Origin: a virus
Lineage: Duplodnaviria; Caudoviricetes
Length of the DNA: 25,000 nucleotides
Virus record (IMG/VR): IMGVR_UViG_3300030107_004377
Location: 1-25,000 of that record
Direction: 5' to 3' (one strand)
The position numbers and the translations under genes were made by a program. Shown here piece after piece: positions 1-8,490 of this stretch (positions are counted from its first letter, which is position 1; each line of letters starts with the position of its first letter). The notes beneath the pieces are model-generated. The model had not been told where the DNA came from and made no database searches. It saw nothing but the letters and a program-made list of their open reading frames with translations.

Positions 1-782
1 AATTCATTTCTTTTCTTTTCGGTATAGTTAGATAATACTTCTGGTATAACTACTGCTTCCCATACTTCATTACTTGTAGCTACTACATTTCCTGAAGGAT
101 CGAGATAGTTTACACCTCCTGTACCATCAAACTCTACATTATATCCTTCTTGTAAAGCAAGATCTGTATAATGTAAATTTCCATTAGATAACATCCATTC
201 TTCTAATGGGTTATATCCATAAGGTTCAGATAATCTTTGTACAGCTCCTATATTTAAAGAAAACTTACCTTGTTTATCTACCTTATATCTATATCTTTCA
301 GATGCTTCGAAATATTCTATATCTACGAAACCATCTTGTAAGTATTCTATTTTTCCAATCCAATGATTTGCTACATAACGTAGAAAATGATGTTGGTTTA
401 AAAAATTTCTTCCTTGTTGTCTAGTATAATCAGCTTCAAATAAAAATTCAAAACCTTTTACCTTTCCTATATTAGCAGCATCTGAATATGATTTCTCTGT
501 ACCATCGTAAAATACGTTAGCTCTATTCTCATATCCTAATCTTGCAATCTTTCTAACACCTAAAGCAATAGAAAAATCAAATGGAGTTTTTATTGTATTT
601 GTTTCTAAACCATTTGTAACAGAATACACATCTACATCAGAAACAGAATTACCTCCATTTATTGCTGCATAGAATGTTGCAAATTTAAAAGTTTTTTTGA
701 TACTTTTTTTAAATTTACCCTTTTCTTGTGCATTAATATTTAAAGCACTTAAACAAAATAATATAATTAATATTTTTTTCAT
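1..782 (-). CDS. Exported protein with signal peptide, aromatic/beta-strand-rich (possible outer-membrane beta-barrel); 3' end outside window
   Basis: Not in the ORF track (no stop in the window). My translation from ATG 782-780, which overlaps the upstream TGA as ATGA, reads MKKILIILFCLSALNINAQEKGKFKKSIKKTFKFATFYAAINGGNS...KGFEFLFEADYTRQQG...WIGKIEYLQDGFVDIEYFEASERYRYK...FSLNIGAVQR... and stays open to base 1. It has a Bacteroidota-type signal peptide (A-Q cleavage). The barrel call is inference from alternating hydrophobic strands. Confidence 0.8.
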   Translation of the reverse strand, partial: MKKILIILFCLSALNINAQEKGKFKKSIKKTFKFATFYAAINGGNSVSDVDVYSVTNGLETNTIKTPFDFSIALGVRKIARLGYENRANVFYDGTEKSYSDAANIGKVKGFEFLFEADYTRQQGRNFLNQHHFLRYVANHWIGKIEYLQDGFVDIEYFEASERYRYKVDKQGKFSLNIGAVQRLSEPYGYNPLEEWMLSNGNLHYTDLALQEGYNVEFDGTGGVNYLDPSGNVVATSNEVWEAVVIPEVLSNYTEKKRNE

Positions 783-3652
783 TGTTTTATAATTCTTTTA
801 ATATACCTTTTATCTTCGTGTATTACAACTAAATTATAAGCTCCTTCAGATAATTTAGATAAATCAATGCGTAGTGTATTATATCCTTGTTCATCTATTA
901 CAGGTATTTCTTTACCCATCATATCTAATACTTTAACATTTACATCTAAATGAGTATCTACAAATAACTTATCATTTGTTGGATTTGGATAAACTATAAT
1001 ACCTAAAGCATTTGGATCTTCTAATCCTGCTGGCCATCCATTTTGGCAATAGTTATACATTGATTGACAACTAGCGTCCCAATCAGTAGTACAGCAGTAA
1101 TCATCTACATCTATTACCCAAGCATAACATCCATCATTTAACCAATATGGTACTCCTGGGCCTCCATAACATCCTGCATCATATAAACAAGCAGAAGAAT
1201 CTGTCACGTTAGCATTTGGATCATAATTATGAGCATTAGGATCTGTACAGCCTATAACTGGTAATATACATGTTCCATTATCTGTATTAGCTAAAGGATC
1301 GTAATTTAAAGCTGTTGAATCTATACATCCAAAGATAACAGGTACACATGAACCATTATCTACATTAGCATTAGGGTCATAGTTAAACGCTGTAGGATCA
1401 GTACACCCATATACAAATGGTATACAAGAACCGTCATCATCTGTTGCATTCGGGTCATAATTAATTGATTGAGGGTTAGTACATCCAGGTATCTCGTCTT
1501 CATCACATATACCGTCACCATCTACATCGCTAATACAGTCACCATTACAGTCTATATAAGCTACAGGAGGATAGATACATCCATTGTTAATAGTTGCTGT
1601 TGAATCATAGTTACAAGCAATAGGGTCTGTACATCCTATATAGTAACAAGAACCATCATCTGTGTTAGCATTAGGATTATAGTTATCTGCATCAGGATCC
1701 ATACAACCTGTAATTATAGGTAAACATGATCCATCATCAGTATTTGCTAGAGGATTATAATTAAAAGCTAAATCATTAGTACATCCATAAACCACAGGAA
1801 TACAACTACCGTCATCTGTGTTTGCTAATGGATTATAATTAAATGCTGTAGAGTCCATACATCCAAATACTTTTGGTATACATAAGTCTCCACAGAATGG
1901 CAATGCACTATATTTTTCGTAGAATGGATTTTCAAAAGGCTGTAAAGCTCCTGCACCATTATTAGCAAAAGGATTAGATCCTTCATGCATTAATATTACT
2001 CCATCTGCGTTAGTTAGTTTAAATGAATTCTGCCACGTTTGAAACTCTAATTCTTGTGGTGTTTGTTGGAAAGATTTATTTTCAAAATAAAATACTTCTA
2101 CAGGTATATCTGTTGCTAATGTTAAAGGGAATGTTTGACTATATCCTGCTTGAGGGCCCATTGTAAATGTTCCTAATGAAACCCCTCCTTGTGCAACTCC
2201 TATATAACAGTTACCCCATCCATCTGCTGCTGCATCTCCTATCCATAATTCATAATCGCAACTATCTACTATATCCATCATAGTTGCATTAGGATCGTAG
2301 TTATAAGCATTTGTGTCTATACATCCATATATATGAGGTGTAAGACATGTACCATCATCTACATTTGCAGCAGGATTAAACTCTTGAAAAGCTGGATCCA
2401 TACATCCTGGAACAATAGAACTGTTACTACAAGGAGTTCCTAAAAGTGCTCCTGAATAAGCTACATAATCAAAGTCAAGATTTGGAGCAACATCTGTTAA
2501 TATCCATAAAGTATCTCCATCACAATCTCTTATAACAACATTTCCAGGTTGACTACTTCCTACTAGTCCGTCACCATAAGTATCATTTATTATAAATTCA
2601 AAACCTAAAGTATCTACACATATTGTATAATTATATGTATTTCCTATATCTGAATAATCATAATCTCCTAGAGGAGCTTCTTCTATAATACCACCATTTG
2701 ATAATGCTATAACTTGCCATGATGTTTCACTAGGCCAGTTATCTAAAGTTACTGATATTGTTATTTCTCTATCGTCAGGATCACAAGCAGCTCCTGTTGA
2801 GCTACAAGAATTATCATCAAAGTTAGCCCAAGGATTATATGAAGGTTTGCTAGGATCTGTACATCCTGGTATACAGGCTACAGGAGTATGAGCTAGTGTG
2901 TCAGAAAAAGTACCATCTGCAAATTCTAATTGTATATAATATTCTACTGACCAGTTAGGAGGCATTTGTCCATTACCTGCTATAAAGCCAAAATTAGGAA
3001 CTGGTGCAGGATTAAAGTTAAAAGGCCCTAATCCGTCTTCATTCCATAATATAATGTTAGTTACATCACAATTAGGATTACCGTTAGCAAATGTCCAATC
3101 CCAAACTATTTGTGTCCATTCACCATTATTAATACATACATCATAAGAATTATATGTAGCAATACCACCACATGGAGGATATACACAAGATGCTTGATTA
3201 TTAATTGTAGCTAAAGGATCAAAATTATTAGCCGCAGGATCCATACATCCTACTATTGGAGGAGCACATGGATTTATATTTACTAATGTATCTAATATTG
3301 AAAAAGGCCCTGTCAAAGGATCAAAGTTTAATATTAATCCTTGACAATCATTCATTATTTTAAAATATACAGGATCTAATTGTCCACTTGATAATGATTG
3401 CCATCCGTCTCCAAATGAATCATATAAAGTAACAAGATAGTCTCCTGAATTACAATAAATCAATGTATCTACTAACTCATAAGGAACTGTAGGTTCATGA
3501 TAAAATACTGTATCACCGTTACTATTAGTTACAAATGTAAATTCTGATTCACCTGGTGCCCAGTAATCATATTGTACTTTAAAATTAACCCAACTATCTT
3601 GAGCTAACAAAAATGTCGGTAATAATAATAGTATTAATAATAACTTTCTCAT
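779..3652 (-). CDS. Secreted Cys/Asp-rich repeat protein with T9SS type-A C-terminal sorting domain
   Basis: Signal peptide MRKLLLILLLLPTFLLA-Q; 12 repeats of GC(T/M/I)(D/N)..A.NY.P.A..DDGSC type; repeated D(S/T)(F/Y)GDG motifs; a CC..DWD..C motif. The C-terminus IIVYPNPTNDKL...VLDMMGK...IDLSKLSEGAYNLVV...KRIIKQ matches the known YPNP...G.Y...K(R)IIK type-A CTD pattern. Confidence 0.88.
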   Translation of the reverse strand: MRKLLLILLLLPTFLLAQDSWVNFKVQYDYWAPGESEFTFVTNSNGDTVFYHEPTVPYELVDTLIYCNSGDYLVTLYDSFGDGWQSLSSGQLDPVYFKIMNDCQGLILNFDPLTGPFSILDTLVNINPCAPPIVGCMDPAANNFDPLATINNQASCVYPPCGGIATYNSYDVCINNGEWTQIVWDWTFANGNPNCDVTNIILWNEDGLGPFNFNPAPVPNFGFIAGNGQMPPNWSVEYYIQLEFADGTFSDTLAHTPVACIPGCTDPSKPSYNPWANFDDNSCSSTGAACDPDDREITISVTLDNWPSETSWQVIALSNGGIIEEAPLGDYDYSDIGNTYNYTICVDTLGFEFIINDTYGDGLVGSSQPGNVVIRDCDGDTLWILTDVAPNLDFDYVAYSGALLGTPCSNSSIVPGCMDPAFQEFNPAANVDDGTCLTPHIYGCIDTNAYNYDPNATMMDIVDSCDYELWIGDAAADGWGNCYIGVAQGGVSLGTFTMGPQAGYSQTFPLTLATDIPVEVFYFENKSFQQTPQELEFQTWQNSFKLTNADGVILMHEGSNPFANNGAGALQPFENPFYEKYSALPFCGDLCIPKVFGCMDSTAFNYNPLANTDDGSCIPVVYGCTNDLAFNYNPLANTDDGSCLPIITGCMDPDADNYNPNANTDDGSCYYIGCTDPIACNYDSTATINNGCIYPPVAYIDCNGDCISDVDGDGICDEDEIPGCTNPQSINYDPNATDDDGSCIPFVYGCTDPTAFNYDPNANVDNGSCVPVIFGCIDSTALNYDPLANTDNGTCILPVIGCTDPNAHNYDPNANVTDSSACLYDAGCYGGPGVPYWLNDGCYAWVIDVDDYCCTTDWDASCQSMYNYCQNGWPAGLEDPNALGIIVYPNPTNDKLFVDTHLDVNVKVLDMMGKEIPVIDEQGYNTLRIDLSKLSEGAYNLVVIHEDKRYIKRIIKQ

Positions 3653-3996
3653 TTTTTCTTCTTTTTTCCTCCCCAGTATTCTACAGCAAAACCTTCTTCT
3701 ACTAGAGTTTCATTAATATTTACATCATCTACTAATAAAGTTCCAAGAACTCTTCCATATTTACCTACTTCTTTACTTTCTAATACAAAGTCTCCTTCTC
3801 CTAAAAGTTCAGTTAATCTTTGTTTTGAAGCAAGTCCTTTTTTCTTTTCTTCTAAATCTCTTGTTCTAGATTCAGGAGTATCTATCCCTGCAAGTCTAAT
3901 TCTTTTATGTATAGTAATATCAAATCCTAAATCTATATTAGCATCTACGGTATCACCGTCTATAATTCTATCTAATTTGGCTTTGTAAGTATACAT
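3649..3996 (-). CDS. Thermonuclease / SNase-like nuclease
   Basis: Motifs IIDGDT, RIRLAGIDTPE, GKYGRVLG and NINETLVEEGFA. The ATG at 3996 (MYTYKAK) is preferred over the track's TTG at 4026. The stop overlaps the next ATG. Confidence 0.9.
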   Translation of the reverse strand: MYTYKAKLDRIIDGDTVDANIDLGFDITIHKRIRLAGIDTPESRTRDLEEKKKGLASKQRLTELLGEGDFVLESKEVGKYGRVLGTLLVDDVNINETLVEEGFAVEYWGGKKKKK

Positions 3997-4007
3997 ATAA
4001 TAAATTT

Positions 4008-4166
4008 TTATATTTCTATACCGCAATTAAGTATTAATAATCTAAATGTTGTACCTGGATTCCAATAGAATTCAAATACTGTTATAAGTCCGATTCTAGC
4101 AATAATTTGTATTTTATTTTTTTTATTACCTTTTTTCCAACTATTTATCCAATTTATTTTTTTCAT
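4008..4166 (-). CDS. Small hypothetical protein (52 aa), missed by the ORF track
   Basis: MKKINWINSWKKGNKKNKIQIIARIGLITVFEFYWNPGTTFRLLILNCGIEI*. It fills the gap between the spanin-like and nuclease genes, on the same strand, with an A-rich leader. Confidence 0.7.
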   Translation of the reverse strand: MKKINWINSWKKGNKKNKIQIIARIGLITVFEFYWNPGTTFRLLILNCGIEI

Positions 4167-4181
4167 CTTTAAAAATATTAA

Positions 4182-4844
4182 TTATTTATTAATTAACCTA
4201 TAACCAACGGCTCCAATTGCTACTCCTCCTAATGTATGTACCCACCATTTTTCAAACCATTTTTTCTTATGAGGAAAGGTATAGGACGATATTCCATCTA
4301 CTTGCATATAAGGATTACTATTAGTTATAGCCACAATAGATTCTTTTTTCTTAAATAATCCATTACGTTTTTCTGTTAAAGTAACACCTAAACGATTAGG
4401 AAATTCTAATCTATTTATATTTAATCCTGTATTAGCTACAGCAATATCCATATGATAGTGAGTATCTTCTATATGTACTGTAGTATCAAATTTACAATCA
4501 CTTATATACATAGGAATTTTTATAGTATCTACTACTAATCTTTCTGTAACTATAACACTAGATTTAACATTTTTAGCTTTAAGTTTTAAATCTTCAATAT
4601 ACGATAACAGTGTGTCTTGAGCGATCTTCAAATCTTCAGGAGTCACTGCTATCGTATTATTGTAGTTAACGGTAGTACCGTTTTTACTTTTATATTTTTT
4701 TACTGTATGTTTATAAGCTTTTAATTCTGCTATTGTAGCAATGCTTTCTTTATAATCAGTACAACTTTTTATATATAAAAAACAGATTATAATAATAATT
4801 ATCATTAATAATAATGAAAGATATTTTTTAATAAGTTCAATCAT
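4182..4844 (-). CDS. Putative spanin-like membrane/lipoprotein
   Basis: N-terminal hydrophobic stretch followed by KSC (possible lipobox), a short coiled segment, a beta-rich middle and a C-terminal KKKWFEKWW plus GGVAIGAVGY transmembrane segment. Function is inferred from this architecture. Confidence 0.5.
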   Translation of the reverse strand: MIELIKKYLSLLLMIIIIIICFLYIKSCTDYKESIATIAELKAYKHTVKKYKSKNGTTVNYNNTIAVTPEDLKIAQDTLLSYIEDLKLKAKNVKSSVIVTERLVVDTIKIPMYISDCKFDTTVHIEDTHYHMDIAVANTGLNINRLEFPNRLGVTLTEKRNGLFKKKESIVAITNSNPYMQVDGISSYTFPHKKKWFEKWWVHTLGGVAIGAVGYRLINK

Positions 4845-4849
4845 TTTAT

Positions 4850-5104
4850 TTAATCTGGTATATCAGATACAGTAGACCATTCTGTTGTTGCCATTACTGT
4901 TAAACATTCTGAATGAGTATATGTATCTATAGGTGTAACAGTTGCATCTGCTATAAATGTAGGAGTAGTTCCCCATTTTAAAACAAATTTTGTAGACGGA
5001 TCTACTAAATTTTTTCTTACAGTATCTTTAGAATCTTCATTTACTTGTGAAAAATCTATCTTATCAATATCTGCTATATTTATTATTGCGTATGTTAAAG
5101 CCAT
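4850..5104 (-). CDS. Small hypothetical protein, fibre-associated by context
   Basis: 84-aa ORF tightly packed behind the LamG gene (IDFSQV...YTHSE..EW). Confidence 0.7.
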   Translation of the reverse strand: MALTYAIINIADIDKIDFSQVNEDSKDTVRKNLVDPSTKFVLKWGTTPTFIADATVTPIDTYTHSECLTVMATTEWSTVSDIPD

Positions 5105-5116
5105 TGTTAATAATTA

Positions 5117-5866
5117 TTATGGAACATTTGTATTAATATCAGTATCTGTCATATTTGTCATTGTCATACGCATAGTGCCTCCTTGAACATCTACTATTGT
5201 TGGATAAGTACCTGTACCACCTGGGTCACCCATTCTCCACCAATGTATTAAATTACCTGCAAATGATTCTTCTGATAAATCGCTAGGATCTCCGCTATTA
5301 TAAATATCTGATATATTACTTGCACTTAATGCTGCATTCCATATAGAAATTTCATCTAATCTTCCATTGAAGTTAAATGTAGAACCATTATCTCTACCTA
5401 TTGTAAAAGCAACAGGAGTATCATCATAATTAGTTGTACCTGAAATAGTTTTTTGATCTATTGCTGATCCATTTTTATACCATATACTTTTATTACCTCT
5501 ATCTATAGTAATTACCCAATGTTCCCATGCACCAGTTGCTACAGTTTGAGAAGCTACATCATTAAAATCAGCACTTTCAAATTGCATTCTGTCATTGCTT
5601 CCTTTAATATATATTTTCCAATCACTTGCAGCATCTGAATACATAATATATTCATCAGCTCCACTATCTGCTATACGATATACCCAAAAACTAACAGAAA
5701 AATCTCCTGCACCTACAGCAGGAACAGCACCAGATTTTATTAAATAATCATCTGATCCGTCAAATTCTACAGAATATAAATTAGAATAAGGTAAAGCAAG
5801 AGGAGCAGTTATAAAACTTCCTCTTTTAACCCCTACTATTTTATGTTTATTTATAGAAACTCCCAT
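5117..5866 (-). CDS. LamG/concanavalin-A-like lectin domain protein (fibre or receptor-binding)
   Basis: Motifs YSVEFDGSDDY, FSVSFWV, WEHWVIT, YKNG, FNGRLDEISIWNAALSASNISDIYN and LIHWWRM are typical of phage LamG_3 domains. Confidence 0.85.
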   Translation of the reverse strand: MGVSINKHKIVGVKRGSFITAPLALPYSNLYSVEFDGSDDYLIKSGAVPAVGAGDFSVSFWVYRIADSGADEYIMYSDAASDWKIYIKGSNDRMQFESADFNDVASQTVATGAWEHWVITIDRGNKSIWYKNGSAIDQKTISGTTNYDDTPVAFTIGRDNGSTFNFNGRLDEISIWNAALSASNISDIYNSGDPSDLSEESFAGNLIHWWRMGDPGGTGTYPTIVDVQGGTMRMTMTNMTDTDINTNVP

Positions 5867-5872
5867 AAAATA

Positions 5873-6217
5873 TTATTGCACATATATTGTTAATACGTCT
5901 GCTCCAGTTCCATTTATTACAAAATGACTTGCTGGAAATTTATTAGATCCGCCTCCTGCGTCAAAATTAACAGTTTCTCCTGCTAATAAGTTTATAGCAG
6001 AACCTCCTCCTATAGCAATAGTAGCTGTAGCAGAGGCATGTGCATTATAACAAGAAATAGATTTTACTTCTGCTGTTACTGTTGTACTACCTGTTATTCT
6101 TAACATAGTAGCTGAGTTAGTAGTAGCATCATCTCCCATTTCTACTTTAAGTCTATTATTATCAGTAACTTCTACTGGAGTTCCATTTTGATTAACTATT
6201 TGTATTTTATTAGCCAT
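5873..6217 (-). CDS. Small beta-rich putative virion protein
   Basis: 114 aa, rich in A/T/G/N, inside the fibre cluster. Confidence 0.65.
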   Translation of the reverse strand: MANKIQIVNQNGTPVEVTDNNRLKVEMGDDATTNSATMLRITGSTTVTAEVKSISCYNAHASATATIAIGGGSAINLLAGETVNFDAGGGSNKFPASHFVINGTGADVLTIYVQ

Positions 6218-6219
6218 GA

Positions 6220-6579
6220 TTAATATTTATTATTTAATGTTTTTAAAATTGTTAATATTGTAGAATACTTTATATCATTATATATTGTAGTATCGTCATT
6301 TATATCTCTAGGATTATAATCATTTAAAACTTGTAATCCATATTTAAATGTTTTTAAGTCTTCTAATTTACAAGGTTGAGATATTCCATAGATTAAATGA
6401 TTAACATAAGTATTAACCAATTTTGCAAATTTACATTGTAAAGACCATACTGAAAGTTTATAACATACTTGAACATCATCTGTATATGTACTATAAGAAC
6501 TAATATCTATAGTTCCCCAAATATTAGGAATAAACTCTGATATAGCTATTTGATTAAATGTAAGTTCGTTAGTATGCAT
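6220..6579 (-). CDS. Putative tail hub protein B-like (crAss-like)
   Basis: Helical 119-aa ORF with FAKLV..Y...LIYGI...C. Its position after the auxiliary capsid and hub-A-like genes fits my recollection of crAss gene order. The assignment is by synteny. Confidence 0.45.
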   Translation of the reverse strand: MHTNELTFNQIAISEFIPNIWGTIDISSYSTYTDDVQVCYKLSVWSLQCKFAKLVNTYVNHLIYGISQPCKLEDLKTFKYGLQVLNDYNPRDINDDTTIYNDIKYSTILTILKTLNNKY

Positions 6580-6580
6580 A

Positions 6581-7747
6581 TTAAGTTGCGTATTGTTTAA
6601 TTTCTATACTCGCTTCGTTATTTGCAGTACCTATAAGAGCATCCGCAGCAGCTCCTGTAGATGCAGTAAATGCTTGTAATGTAACAGTATCATCTGAAGT
6701 TCTTGCTAATTGTAATACTGCTGCTGTAGCAACTTTACCTTGAGTTATATTACAAACAACTACTCCTGTAAATGCTGATGATAAAGTTCCTACATATACT
6801 CCTGCACCAGTTCTAGTCCATACTATAGTTCCTAAATAATTACTAGCTGTTCTTACAGCAGTAGGTACTGTAGCTACAACAGGATCTGTACTAGCTTGTG
6901 TTAATGTAGCTGTATAATATTTTAAATACGGAGCTCCAGCATCTATACCGTTAGCTGCAAATGATACTACTAATCTATCAGCAGCAGTAAAAGTTCCTGA
7001 ACTTTGTACATGAGTTACTGTTACATCGTGTTCAGATCCTGAATCAGATTCTGCAGTAATTTTACCCATCCAAAATACAGAAGCATCGCTTTTCTTAGAT
7101 ACTCTAATTACTCCAAAACTATTACTATTATCAAAACCGTCTAACCAAGCACTTAAATCACTAGCATCAGCATCAACATTATTAATATATAATCCTGTTA
7201 CCGAAGAAGGAGTAGCGTTATCAAATCTAATTTTTCCTGTAGAAGTTCCTGATCCTGTACCTGTATCATAAATCCATTCTGAAGAATATCCTCCAGTAGC
7301 TCCTTGTGGTCCAGTAGCTCCCGTTGATCCAGCCGCTCCTGTCGCTCCTGTAGACCCTGTAGAACCAGTTGGCCCTACTAAAGAAGTATAACTTCCTGGC
7401 CAAGTTCCTGAAGCTTTAGGCCCATATATACGATTATTAGCAGTATCTATCCAAAAATCTCCATCTACTCCTCCACTTGGAGCACCTGAACCATTTAAAA
7501 TAGTTTTACCATCTGCACCTGCAGGAATTCCAAAATTAAAAGTTGCTGCAGAAGAAGTACCTGCATTAGTAATAGTAGGAGTAGCTCCTGCAGATAAAGC
7601 AGAAACACTTCCTACAGCTATTGTAGCTGCTTCACCGTGGCCTCCAGTAGGCCCTGCTGGCCCTGCTGGGCCTGTAGCACCAGTAGCCCCAGTTGCACCT
7701 GTATCTCCTTTAAATAAAGTAATCGATTTACATGTTGGACATCCCAT
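6581..7747 (-). CDS. Collagen-like (G-X-Y) fibre protein
   Basis: Two G-X-Y runs (GDTGATGATGATGPAGPAGPTG and GPTGSTGSTGATGAAGSTGATGPQGATG), the fibre motif ILNGSGAPSGGVDGDFWIDT..IYGPK and an N-terminal CPTC. Confidence 0.85.
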   Translation of the reverse strand: MGCPTCKSITLFKGDTGATGATGATGPAGPAGPTGGHGEAATIAVGSVSALSAGATPTITNAGTSSAATFNFGIPAGADGKTILNGSGAPSGGVDGDFWIDTANNRIYGPKASGTWPGSYTSLVGPTGSTGSTGATGAAGSTGATGPQGATGGYSSEWIYDTGTGSGTSTGKIRFDNATPSSVTGLYINNVDADASDLSAWLDGFDNSNSFGVIRVSKKSDASVFWMGKITAESDSGSEHDVTVTHVQSSGTFTAADRLVVSFAANGIDAGAPYLKYYTATLTQASTDPVVATVPTAVRTASNYLGTIVWTRTGAGVYVGTLSSAFTGVVVCNITQGKVATAAVLQLARTSDDTVTLQAFTASTGAAADALIGTANNEASIEIKQYAT

Positions 7748-7759
7748 AATATTGTATTT

Positions 7760-8368
7760 TTAGCTACAGTCTCCACAACCACAATCACACAGATTATCAC
7801 AAATAGTTTTAGCACTTGCTATTAAACTAGTTGCAGTAGTAAAATCTGCACATGAAAAAGCGGTTTGAATTCCGTAAAGTATTAATTCTAATTGATCTAT
7901 TTTTTCTTTTTGCTGTTCTAATTTGTTTGCGTCACATTCAGTAACTATTTTGCCTTTTAATGTACTTAGGCAAGAACATATACTACAAGTAATAAGTTCA
8001 TATTGAGGCTCGTTAGTATAAGAGGTTCCAATTAATTCTTTAACAGTATATACTAATTTATAAACACCGTCTCCTTCTGTAAAAGAAGCATCGGATACTG
8101 CTAAAAATCTTCCTGGATAAGGAGCTCCTGAAACTCCTGAATAAACATTAGTTGCTGAATCTTTTAATTGTATAGTAGTATGTGTAGTAGTTCCTGTATG
8201 ATCTTGAATTTCTAAAGAAGCAGTGTCTATTTGTGCAGTATTTATATTACTGTCTGCCCATCCTCCTGGATTAACAGTTGAACTTACTTTAGGACTTGTT
8301 TCTTCGTATACGTCTATTGAAGCACACTTAGAATTTACACATATATTAATTTTTGGAATAAGAGCCAT
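7760..8368 (-). CDS. Putative tail hub protein A-like, Cys-rich C-terminus
   Basis: Beta-rich N-terminus (DGVYKLVYTV), a helical C-terminal part and a terminal CDNLCDCGCGDCS. It follows the auxiliary capsid-like gene, as in crAss-like phages (synteny inference). Confidence 0.55.
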   Translation of the reverse strand: MALIPKINICVNSKCASIDVYEETSPKVSSTVNPGGWADSNINTAQIDTASLEIQDHTGTTTHTTIQLKDSATNVYSGVSGAPYPGRFLAVSDASFTEGDGVYKLVYTVKELIGTSYTNEPQYELITCSICSCLSTLKGKIVTECDANKLEQQKEKIDQLELILYGIQTAFSCADFTTATSLIASAKTICDNLCDCGCGDCS

Positions 8369-8419
8369 TTCAATAGGATTTAAATTTACTACCTAAAAAT
8401 AGTAATTTTTTTGTAAAAT

Positions 8420-8463
8420 AAAAAAAAGTAGCCTGCCTAGACAGCAATATTTCGGCAGGCTAC
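8420..8463 (-). terminator. Intrinsic terminator with an unusually large (16-nt) loop
   Basis: Stem GTAGCCTGCC (8428-8437) / GGCAGGCTAC (8454-8463), with A8 at 8420-8427 (U-tract on the minus strand), downstream of 8491..9804. Confidence 0.85.
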
Positions 8464-8490
8464 TAAGGTTGAGGAGAAAAATCCTATATA

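Noticed and set aside
206-424. Track ORF, + strand, 72 aa
   Set aside because: Antisense shadow of the real minus-strand gene 1..782.
1190-1870. Approx. 78-bp DNA repeats as a DGR or repeat element
   Set aside because: They are diverged, in-frame coding repeats of the GCTD motif; no reverse transcriptase or adenine-specific TR/VR pair was seen.
3997-4026. TTG start extension of the nuclease
   Set aside because: Overlaps the 4008..4166 ORF; ATG 3996 gives a typical SNase start.
7618-7815. Track ORF, - strand, 65 aa
   Set aside because: Alternate frame overlapping two well-supported genes; kept open by the collagen repeats.
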